IMG/VR virus record: IMGVR_UViG_3300037075_000004
Coordinates: 1 to 64,000 of that record
Reading direction: 5' to 3' (one strand)
DNA: 64,000 nucleotides
Origin: a virus
Taxonomy: Duplodnaviria; Caudoviricetes
The notes below the pieces were generated by a model. It made no database searches. It saw only the letters and a list, made by a program, of their open reading frames with translations, and was not told the origin of the DNA. This document shows, one piece after another, positions 19,263 through 27,377 of the stretch (positions are counted from its first letter, which is position 1; each line of letters opens with the position of its first letter). A program made the translations under genes and the position numbers.

Positions 19263-20318
19263 CTATACAGCAAATTCAGCAAAGACCATTTCCTTAACTT
19301 GTTCTGGGGGTTTATTGAAATAACCCTCTATCTTCATGCATTCTGCGAGCCACCTGAAGTCTTTCGGGTCGATCACACTCTCGAGATATGTCCTGTCGAC
19401 AGTATCAGTCAGTAGTTCTTTCAGCTTATCGCTATTATTTTGTGCCGAGAAGTAGTTAACGAGCCATTCTTTCTTGTTTTTTGCCTCATTAGCGGGCACT
19501 AGGGCGATGATCTTATCTCCCACCTTATATTTGCCGTCCGGCTTCCAGACTATCACAGCGTTGTCTATCCTGTCCTGTATGAAGGCCGACAACCTCATGT
19601 AGTTTGTTATCTTCATGTCCTCAAGGAAGTCTTTCGTTCCCTTGATGCCCGGTTCGCTCTCCCGCCTCTTATCGTTGGCCGTCAAGAGTTCTTCAAGTTC
19701 AAATCTTATAGCATCTGGTTCTTTCTTCATGGCATCAGAAATACCATAGCCCATAGCTACCTTACGGAGTTGAGCATCATCGGCAAGTGTCTGCCATATA
19801 GCAGTTTTCCTTTCGAGTGCTTCCCGTTCTTTCTTCCCTTTGGCGCGAATCTCCCCGGCAGGATCGTCCACCTTGAGATGCCCTTTGAGCACCAGCGGTG
19901 ACCTGTAATACATGAAGAAGGCGAGGTCGGCATCGTTTATCAAGTCGATAACAAGTTTGTCTTCGATGATAGTACCTTTCTTGTCACCTATATCCCATAG
20001 ACCTCCCTGAAGTGGTTTAGGTAGACCCTGACAAACCGCCCAAAGCTCCTTACCTCTCTTAGGATGTTCAAACTTAGCCTTAAAGGATATTCTCATAGGA
20101 GAGATAGGCTCGGGTATGCCTCTCACTTCTTTTCCTGATCCCGTTATCCCATCAATCAGTTTAGGATAGCCTACTCTTTTAAGTGTTATCGTACCTTCGG
20201 GGTACATTTGGCGGAGTTCGCGAATACCTTTATCGTATTCCTCCGCATAGACACACATCGGGTGGTTTGGGTTACCCAATGCGGTCATGTCTAGTTTCTG
20301 ATAGTCGATTAACAACAT
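19263..20318 (-). CDS. Conserved capsid-module protein downstream of MCP (crAss gene 75-like position)
   Basis: Start moved to ATG 20318 (MLLIDYQ) because the longer track ORF contains a promoter box at 20343-20350; synteny. Confidence 0.55.
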   Translation of the reverse strand: MLLIDYQKLDMTALGNPNHPMCVYAEEYDKGIRELRQMYPEGTITLKRVGYPKLIDGITGSGKEVRGIPEPISPMRISFKAKFEHPKRGKELWAVCQGLPKPLQGGLWDIGDKKGTIIEDKLVIDLINDADLAFFMYYRSPLVLKGHLKVDDPAGEIRAKGKKEREALERKTAIWQTLADDAQLRKVAMGYGISDAMKKEPDAIRFELEELLTANDKRRESEPGIKGTKDFLEDMKITNYMRLSAFIQDRIDNAVIVWKPDGKYKVGDKIIALVPANEAKNKKEWLVNYFSAQNNSDKLKELLTDTVDRTYLESVIDPKDFRWLAECMKIEGYFNKPPEQVKEMVFAEFAV

Positions 20319-20355
20319 TTCTGTTTCTGTTTTTGTTTGGTACAAAGATACAGAT

Positions 20356-20382
20356 AAAAAAAATACCCTCATTTCTGAGGGT
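20356..20382 (-). terminator. Rho-independent terminator
   Basis: ACCCTC-AGAAAT-GAGGGT-ATTTTTTTT. Confidence 0.7.
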
Positions 20383-20470
20383 TCATAGAATCATCCCAAA
20401 CCTGGTAAATATTCTCTCGTTTAAAAATAATAAGATCGCCGTAATTATAATCTGGCATTCTACCCATCAT
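20369..20470 (-). CDS. Putative 33 aa small protein (or sRNA)
   Basis: MMGRMPDYNYGDLIIFKRENIYQVWDDSMNPQK*, between promoter box 20493-20500 and terminator 20356-20382. Confidence 0.4.
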   Translation of the reverse strand: MMGRMPDYNYGDLIIFKRENIYQVWDDSMNPQK

Positions 20471-20525
20471 AATATTTCCTACCTATCCTACACAAAGATA
20501 GAAACAATAATTGACATTTCAAAAT

Positions 20526-20555
20526 AAAAAAGAGGGAATCTTGCGTATCCCTCTT
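20526..20555 (-). terminator. Major capsid gene terminator
   Basis: AAGAGGGA-loop-TCCCTCTT followed by a T-run, 21 nt after the MCP stop. Confidence 0.8.
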
Positions 20556-20576
20556 AAAATATTCAGAAATTAATTT

Positions 20577-22046
20577 CTATAACACATCGTCATTCTGAAC
20601 CAATATCATCTGATTCCTTTTGAGAACGATGAGCATAAATTCGCTCAACATCGTTCCTCTCACGTCATCAAACGTGTCCACAGAAATGTCCCCTCCGCCT
20701 GCACCAACATTTGCAACGCCTGGTATGACCTTGTTGATACGGGTACGGTTCTCTCCGTTGTAGTTCTTGTAGCCCAAAGCTAGGTTCTTCATCTTGAAGG
20801 TAGCAGCATCTTCGATATCGCCACGGATGGTCACTTCCACATCGGGAACGATGAAGCCGAGACCTGTGAAGAAATCGTCGAAAGCTGTTGCACCGTAAGC
20901 TGTCGGGTCGCTAAGAGAGGGCAGTTCTTTTATTGTGGTGTAGACTCCGTTCTTGTTTATAGTACGGAAGGCTACATTAAGTTCTGTCCATTCTTTCATT
21001 AGGCGGGTTCCGCCTGCGAACTCTTTCAGGAAGTCAAGCCCTGCGTTCTCGATCTGTTTGTACAGTTCACTACCGCAGAAGAAGGTAACATTCCTGTTGG
21101 CTATACCCTGAGATATAAGCAGAGGTTTGAGGTCATCGAAATCAGTATATCCATAGGCGGATGTGTAGTACTGTTTCATACCACCATCTACTAGGTGCTG
21201 AAGAAGACCCACCGTACCTGTAGGTGCGATGCTGTTGCTATCCCTGTCACTCTGGTTGAGTGCTGTAGCGGTAAGTGACTGTCCGATGAACAGTTCATCA
21301 TTGATGTACTTACTCAGTAGGAAATCAGCTTCCATGGATGCCTTGGTGAAGATACCTGTTCCACCGCCACGCAGTTTCTCATAGTATCTCTCGTTGGACT
21401 GCTGACTACCGGTCATTGCCCAGTCGGCTTTCTTTGTTGAGGTATAGAAATACCTTGTATAGAAGCCTGCTGATTTGGGTTTACCACTCTGGACGCCGTT
21501 GGGATAGTTACCTCCGGTTACCATCAGCTTAGTGGCTGTGGGGATGGTCACATTAATCCTGTCAAGGATGTTTTTACCATAGAGAGTGTAGCTCTTTAGC
21601 ACACCATCGGCAGCATCAACAGCCTGTACCTGCCATTCCGAAGGCATTGTAGCCTTAACACCAGCATTAGTTATATACTTGGCGGGAACGACAACGATGT
21701 CATTTATTGACAGGTATGCGTTATCGGTTGTCCCACCAAACTCAGCGGCTGCCAAGTGAAGTGTCCATGCGGCACCTGCGGCTACTGCGCCAGAGGCACC
21801 AAAGGTCTCAACTGTCTTGACGAATGATCCTTCTTCAAACAATTTCTTTTGCGGGCCTGCAATCGGTACTATTGATCCGGTCATGTACAGGAACTCCAAG
21901 AGTCCTATCCCCGGGCCATACCTCTTCACGATCTCCCCCCATATCTGGGGTACTTGCATGTCTGTATCGTACAGCGATGCCCATACACTATTATACCCTG
22001 TATTTAGGGTGTTGCTTGTTACAGCGGGTTTACTTAAAGTCGACAT
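20577..22046 (-). CDS. Major capsid protein (crAss-like size and position)
   Basis: 489 aa; downstream of portal and scaffold-like gene; ends ...VDTFDDVRGTMLSEFMLIVLKRNQMILVQ; strong terminator follows. Confidence 0.8.
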   Translation of the reverse strand: MSTLSKPAVTSNTLNTGYNSVWASLYDTDMQVPQIWGEIVKRYGPGIGLLEFLYMTGSIVPIAGPQKKLFEEGSFVKTVETFGASGAVAAGAAWTLHLAAAEFGGTTDNAYLSINDIVVVPAKYITNAGVKATMPSEWQVQAVDAADGVLKSYTLYGKNILDRINVTIPTATKLMVTGGNYPNGVQSGKPKSAGFYTRYFYTSTKKADWAMTGSQQSNERYYEKLRGGGTGIFTKASMEADFLLSKYINDELFIGQSLTATALNQSDRDSNSIAPTGTVGLLQHLVDGGMKQYYTSAYGYTDFDDLKPLLISQGIANRNVTFFCGSELYKQIENAGLDFLKEFAGGTRLMKEWTELNVAFRTINKNGVYTTIKELPSLSDPTAYGATAFDDFFTGLGFIVPDVEVTIRGDIEDAATFKMKNLALGYKNYNGENRTRINKVIPGVANVGAGGGDISVDTFDDVRGTMLSEFMLIVLKRNQMILVQNDDVL

Positions 22047-22070
22047 TTTAAATTAAAAATAAGCGTTAGT

Positions 22071-23231
22071 TTATATTTCTCCATTTGCTAACGCTGCACT
22101 CAGGCTCTTGCCGGGAAGTTTCGGCTCGAGATCGTTGTCATCAGTGGCTGTGGTCGTATTGGGTTGTACGTCATTATGTAATTCTGCGTCTACTTTCTTT
22201 TGTACGGATGTCTGACCATGTTTTACTGCTATCTCCCATATCTTTGGCAGGTTTTCGTAAACCATGAAGGCGTTCCGCAGGTCTATTGCCGACTGTAGAT
22301 TCTCCTCTGTCGGCTCCATCCCCGCATCTATAAAAGTAGCCTGAAACATATCTCCAAGTTTTGACTTATAGTCTGAAGGAACATCGTAATCTCCTAACTC
22401 TGGTATTCTTTCGTCTTTAAATTTATCAAACTGCGAGAACTTAGCTTTAAGAGGTTCAGTCGCCTGTATCCTCTTTTGCAGGTCTTCCGCTTCCTTCGCT
22501 TGGCGTTCCTCGGCTGTCACCGTCTTCGGTAACTCGATTCCGCTTGTAAGGGATTTGATATTTGCTCTTGCACCTTTTGCATCTATGGCTATCTTGGTCT
22601 TGGCGATACTCGACCATTCTTCAGGTTTAGTCTCGGGATCAATACCATATTTGTCCAAGAGGGCAACACGGATATCCGACTCGGCAAGAGTGGGTAAATC
22701 CATTTTCTGCTCCTTGATAAGTACATCCAAGTCCCCCATCTTACTCAAGTCCGACATTGCAATCTCCTGCAACACGAACGGGTCTTTATCGGGATACTTG
22801 TCAAGCAACTGCTGTGCGACATACGCACTACGCACCAGAGGTTTAGATAAAAATTCTGAGTTGCCAGCGTTTTTTATTTCCTCAATCTGTTGTTTGTAGG
22901 CTTCAATCTCCTTGGCATATGACTCTGCCTGTTTGACTTTAGGTTCATACTCAGCTATCTTTTGCTGAAGACCCAAGACATTCTTGACATCATCATCGCC
23001 TTTAAACGAAGTATTGAAGCGTTTATTGAAATCTTCAAAGAACTTATCCGGTTGTGGTTCGCTAACTTTAGCGGGCTGTGCCGGTTCAGCCGGTGGTGTT
23101 ACTACTGTGGGTTCCGTCACGGGTGCCTGTGCACTTGGCTCGGGTGCTGGTTCCACACTATTGGGTGTACTATCCACTCTTTGTTCGGGTGGTGTAGTAA
23201 ACCGTTTTAAACCATCATCATTTCCTAACAT
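22071..23231 (-). CDS. Scaffold-like protein
   Basis: 386 aa; disordered P/A/T/E-rich N-terminus then acidic coiled coils; immediately upstream of MCP; TAACTTTG box at 23257-23264. Confidence 0.6.
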   Translation of the reverse strand: MLGNDDGLKRFTTPPEQRVDSTPNSVEPAPEPSAQAPVTEPTVVTPPAEPAQPAKVSEPQPDKFFEDFNKRFNTSFKGDDDVKNVLGLQQKIAEYEPKVKQAESYAKEIEAYKQQIEEIKNAGNSEFLSKPLVRSAYVAQQLLDKYPDKDPFVLQEIAMSDLSKMGDLDVLIKEQKMDLPTLAESDIRVALLDKYGIDPETKPEEWSSIAKTKIAIDAKGARANIKSLTSGIELPKTVTAEERQAKEAEDLQKRIQATEPLKAKFSQFDKFKDERIPELGDYDVPSDYKSKLGDMFQATFIDAGMEPTEENLQSAIDLRNAFMVYENLPKIWEIAVKHGQTSVQKKVDAELHNDVQPNTTTATDDNDLEPKLPGKSLSAALANGEI

Positions 23232-23267
23232 ATGTTTCTGTTTCTTGTTTAGGGTACAAAGTTAACA

Positions 23268-23543
23268 CTATTTTTTATCTTGTTTTTGTCGCCTCTTTTC
23301 CCGAAGCACAAGGATGACGTTGCCGAGGGAGGCTCCAACAGCCGCAAAAAGTAAGTAATAGAAGTTGTGCGTATATTCGATCACCCCGACACCCGCACCC
23401 ATCTGCAAGAGGAACGTCAGTATCGTTGTTGTTGCTATCTGTAGTCTGTTTAACGCTATGATGAACCATGAACTTAGAAAATCAAGTAATCCGAAACCTA
23501 ATAAAATCAAAACTGCTATGCCAATGTGAAAGTTACTTTCCAT
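23268..23543 (-). CDS. Small multi-pass membrane protein (holin-like candidate)
   Basis: 91 aa, about three hydrophobic segments, basic C-terminal tail REKRRQKQDKK. Confidence 0.5.
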   Translation of the reverse strand: MESNFHIGIAVLILLGFGLLDFLSSWFIIALNRLQIATTTILTFLLQMGAGVGVIEYTHNFYYLLFAAVGASLGNVILVLREKRRQKQDKK

Positions 23544-23565
23544 GGGCGGAGATATTAGTGAATAA

Positions 23566-23877
23566 TTATGGCGTTGTCATCGCACCCTGCCCTTCAGTAT
23601 TAGAATTTGCGTTATTTGGTGTATTTAATGCGTTTTGCGCCCCCAATGGCTCTTGCGGGGTATTACCTGCCGGAGAAGAGATCGTGCCTCCTGCGGCATT
23701 ATTTGGCGTCACAGGGGGTGTGTTTTGCATATTCTGTATGCTCTGCACGCTCTCGAAGGCATGATAATTGGCTTTTGCCTGTGCAAACTTACCTATTAAC
23801 TGCGGATCATCGAGTCCCATTGGGGAACTTGCGATGATATTTTGGAATATCTTGAGTTCGTCTGCTGCTGATAACAT
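23566..23877 (-). CDS. Hypothetical protein coupled to portal
   Basis: 103 aa, 2 nt after the portal stop; N/P/Q-rich tail. Confidence 0.5.
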   Translation of the reverse strand: MLSAADELKIFQNIIASSPMGLDDPQLIGKFAQAKANYHAFESVQSIQNMQNTPPVTPNNAAGGTISSPAGNTPQEPLGAQNALNTPNNANSNTEGQGAMTTP

Positions 23878-23879
23878 AT

Positions 23880-26249
23880 CTATGTGTTTGCTGGTTGTAA
23901 CCCCTTTTCGGCATCTGCCGCCTGCTGTAGTTGTTTTAAGAATTGGTAATTATATTCTTTGGTGAGTAGTTGATCCTTACCCACCTGTCTCATCTGTTCT
24001 ATAGCGGCCTTACCTTTATTCATGTTAGTATCGACGGCCATCTGACCTTGCTGCTTGGACTGTTCTGCCTGTGCGTTAGCCTGTGCCTGCTGTTGTATAA
24101 CTGCTGCCTGCTGTTGCTGTGCCTCCTGCTTATTCTTACTGATGATATATCTCATCTGCTGTACCAATTCATACATATCCTCGCCCCTGTCGAGTGCAGT
24201 CTCGAAGAACATAGCATCTGGTAGGTCTATACCTGGTCTCTGCTCTCTCACATTCTGTAGTGCTATGCTTATCCATTCGAGGAACTTGGCCTTTTGTCTC
24301 TGATCGGGTTTGGCTTTTAGTGAGATACCATACTGTACACCCTCATCTTCCATGGTGAGCATGGCATCCATGTCTGCCGGTGAAATGATCCCACCATAGG
24401 CTTCTCTCTGCCTGTCACTATTCCGTAGTCCAATCTGTATCCTACGCATAAGACTTGTAGAGACACTCTGTTTTATCTCGAAGATAGCATCTAAGATAGG
24501 TTTAAGGACATTAGTTGTAACTTGCATGGCTATATCCTGATTACCTTTTGTGGGGTCTCCCGCAGGCGTGGCTATGCTGAGAAGATTTATGCCGGTCAGC
24601 TTCTCAAGTAGTGTGAACTGCATCTGCATGGCCTCCATGGTCTCCTGCACCCTCGCACCGAGTCCCCCGTCAAGAGGCGTCACCGGTGTGGCTGCCCCGC
24701 CAGAGTACATACCCGAGGGTGTATTAGCATAAGAATAGAGTAGTGTACCTGTCTGCCTGTACATCTTTAGTACCTCTGCCGGTTTAAGTTTCTGCCCGCC
24801 AAAGGTCACCTGTGCCAGCATAGAAGTGTTTATTGCCACTCCCCTCTCTATCATCATAGCGAGTGAGTTCTGCCATCTGAGGAATAGTTGAGAAATCTGA
24901 TCTAAGATAGGTATAGCCCTTTTCATAATAGAAGGCTGAAGTAACTGTTCTACATGGAAAGAGAGTTGTGGTTTGGATAGTCCTTCGCGGGATGCCATGG
25001 GCACAACACCATAATCAAAGACATAATCGGTATTGAGCACCCAGAAACACCTGCGGATGACCCTCTTATAGATCATCTTGACTTCCTGGCTCGCTCCGGC
25101 CTTCTTAGCTTCTTCGGTCAAGTCTCTTATCGGTGAGTCATATCGCAAATCTATGATACTGTCACGCCCTCTAAAGCTCCTATAATAAAGTTTCTTCTGT
25201 ACATCTGTATCTATCCATTCTGTCTCAAAGATTGGTACTTTAAACCCATCATATCTATAAGTACCTGTTGTAGGGTCTATTTCGGAATAGAAGTTCTGCC
25301 ACCTGTCCCTTGGGTTACCGTATAGTGTGTAACAGGCTTTGGCGAGCGACTGCCACTGCGACTCAGGCACGAGAGGTAACTTATCCCGAAGGTTAGATAT
25401 AGTCCAGTAACAGAAATATCCCACATATTCCGAATCACCATAGTCATATTCATTGGAGAACTGCATGACGAGCCGTGCAGGGTCTACATACTTAACTTTC
25501 CATTTGTTATCTTCGGTATCGAAATAATCCCGAACCGCCCCATAGTTCAAAACTACTAAATCATCTACTACTTTCTTTCTTACTGTTCCATCCCAATCAC
25601 TTATGTTCATAGAATGTCTCGTAAGTTTCTGCATGGCCTTTGCTATGGCGAGCTTAAACCCATCCTGTGCCTCGAACATAGCCAATTCCTCTGGTGACTT
25701 GGGAAGTATCACATCCTCATCAACGGGTATTCCTGCGTTTCTTTTATACTCGACCTGCCAGTCAGCATTCTTCGCCTCGCAGAGCTTTACATATTTTTGC
25801 TGCTCTTTTAGTTCCTGAGAATTAGAGTCTATGGTGTCACAGTAGATGTCGTAGTCCAACTTATCGAACATGCCATGGATGGCATTCATGATAGCGGGCG
25901 CGGGTGAGACATTTTGCCACATAATATTCATCCATCCCTCCCTCTTGACCACTCGACCTACGGGCGTATCGTCGAAGACGGTAAAGTTAGTCTCTGCTCC
26001 GTCACTCAATCCATCGTTAAGAAGCCAACTTTTATACTGATTCACATCATTTTCCCCTCTACTATAATCTCGTACTATAGCAAAGTCCCTATAACCAGTT
26101 ATGCCCCATGAAGTTTTATTGCGTAAAAATAAGGAATATATGGCTTGAGCATTTTTTCTATGGTAGACATCCCCCTTGAGGGCTGGATCAATATCACGCT
26201 GGGGGAATCCCCACTCCGAATTTGAATACTCTATAAGTACGGGAATCAA
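23880..26249 (-). CDS. Portal protein
   Basis: 789 aa; KYVDPARLV, Q-rich coiled-coil C-terminus; follows the terminase; promoter box at 26274-26281. Confidence 0.85.
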   Translation of the reverse strand: MIPVLIEYSNSEWGFPQRDIDPALKGDVYHRKNAQAIYSLFLRNKTSWGITGYRDFAIVRDYSRGENDVNQYKSWLLNDGLSDGAETNFTVFDDTPVGRVVKREGWMNIMWQNVSPAPAIMNAIHGMFDKLDYDIYCDTIDSNSQELKEQQKYVKLCEAKNADWQVEYKRNAGIPVDEDVILPKSPEELAMFEAQDGFKLAIAKAMQKLTRHSMNISDWDGTVRKKVVDDLVVLNYGAVRDYFDTEDNKWKVKYVDPARLVMQFSNEYDYGDSEYVGYFCYWTISNLRDKLPLVPESQWQSLAKACYTLYGNPRDRWQNFYSEIDPTTGTYRYDGFKVPIFETEWIDTDVQKKLYYRSFRGRDSIIDLRYDSPIRDLTEEAKKAGASQEVKMIYKRVIRRCFWVLNTDYVFDYGVVPMASREGLSKPQLSFHVEQLLQPSIMKRAIPILDQISQLFLRWQNSLAMMIERGVAINTSMLAQVTFGGQKLKPAEVLKMYRQTGTLLYSYANTPSGMYSGGAATPVTPLDGGLGARVQETMEAMQMQFTLLEKLTGINLLSIATPAGDPTKGNQDIAMQVTTNVLKPILDAIFEIKQSVSTSLMRRIQIGLRNSDRQREAYGGIISPADMDAMLTMEDEGVQYGISLKAKPDQRQKAKFLEWISIALQNVREQRPGIDLPDAMFFETALDRGEDMYELVQQMRYIISKNKQEAQQQQAAVIQQQAQANAQAEQSKQQGQMAVDTNMNKGKAAIEQMRQVGKDQLLTKEYNYQFLKQLQQAADAEKGLQPANT

Positions 26250-26299
26250 TGTGGTAAACTTTTAAATTTATCACAAAGATACAGACTTTTATCTAAACT

Positions 26300-27073
26300 C
26301 TATTTGCCCCATCTAGCGATTCGGGCGTTTTGAATATGTTCAGGTGTTTGCTTTTTACCGGTCATGGCGTTACTTATTTTTGAACACTCTTCTTTGGGTC
26401 TATGTCTACCGGTCTTTTTCTCGCTTGCCGATTTTAAGGATGGATGTGTATTTTTAGTAAATCCCTTAGACCATGGAATCCTTCCTTTTAATGCGTCACT
26501 TCTACGTCTACGTGTCTCTTCTGATTCGGGAATCCCATTAGCCCGTCTTGCTTTTTGTGCAATACTTAACGCCATTCTATGTTCTGCCGACTTTGGCTTA
26601 CCTCTATTGCCCTTGCTGATTTTATTTTTAGTTTCTTGTGATAAATGCTTACCAAGCATATTTTTATTCCCCATTGATCCCTTGCGTAATTTTTCTATCT
26701 TTTCCTCACTCGGATGCCCAAATTTCATCCCAAGGGGACTTCCCGGGGTAGGGAATATATTGAAATATGGTTTGTTAGTATCCCTATATTTATTAGCATC
26801 AATATAAAATTGTTCTCTGCCCAATAAATGTTTCTTAGACACAAAATCTATTACTTCTACAATGGATATGACAAAATCATCCCATCCATATTTATCGAAA
26901 TGTCTTTGTAATATTATATTGTCATGTCTGTGTCTTTCTAAATCTCTTTTGTGGGCACTCAATCTCTTGTGCCAATTATTTGTACTTCCAATATAAAGTC
27001 TATCGGGATGTACTTTTGATTCAAATTTATAAACACAACAAATTTTCATATTATTATGTATTATATATTCCAC
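26300..27073 (-). CDS. GIY-YIG homing endonuclease with NUMOD3-type repeats
   Basis: CVYKFESKVHPDRLYIGST...R...H...L...H.N..LQR...KYG...REQFYID; repeated K.S.ET..KIS motifs; AT-rich. Confidence 0.9.
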   Translation of the reverse strand: MEYIIHNNMKICCVYKFESKVHPDRLYIGSTNNWHKRLSAHKRDLERHRHDNIILQRHFDKYGWDDFVISIVEVIDFVSKKHLLGREQFYIDANKYRDTNKPYFNIFPTPGSPLGMKFGHPSEEKIEKLRKGSMGNKNMLGKHLSQETKNKISKGNRGKPKSAEHRMALSIAQKARRANGIPESEETRRRRSDALKGRIPWSKGFTKNTHPSLKSASEKKTGRHRPKEECSKISNAMTGKKQTPEHIQNARIARWGK

Positions 27074-27097
27074 AGATTTTAAGCACTTTAGCGGGAG

Positions 27098-27316
27098 TTA
27101 AAATGAGATATTCCCATATTCGCCGAGATGCCATTTCAATTTCCCATCCAATTCCTTTATCTCCTTAGAATCACGCCTCTTAATAAACTCCTGTAAAAAT
27201 TTTATAACATCTTCTGCACTAAACTGCCTTGTGGGGATATTACCACATAAATAAAGTTCAATCCGTGCCTTGGGTTGATCTTTAATTGTTTTTATTCCAA
27301 AAATTGAAGTTGCCAT
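27098..27316 (-). CDS. Hypothetical protein
   Basis: 72 aa ATG ORF collinear with neighbours. Confidence 0.45.
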   Translation of the reverse strand: MATSIFGIKTIKDQPKARIELYLCGNIPTRQFSAEDVIKFLQEFIKRRDSKEIKELDGKLKWHLGEYGNISF

Positions 27317-27377
27317 ACTTTTTTATTTTCCCCAAATGTATGTTATATTTGGGACATTTCCAAATATTTTCAGATAA

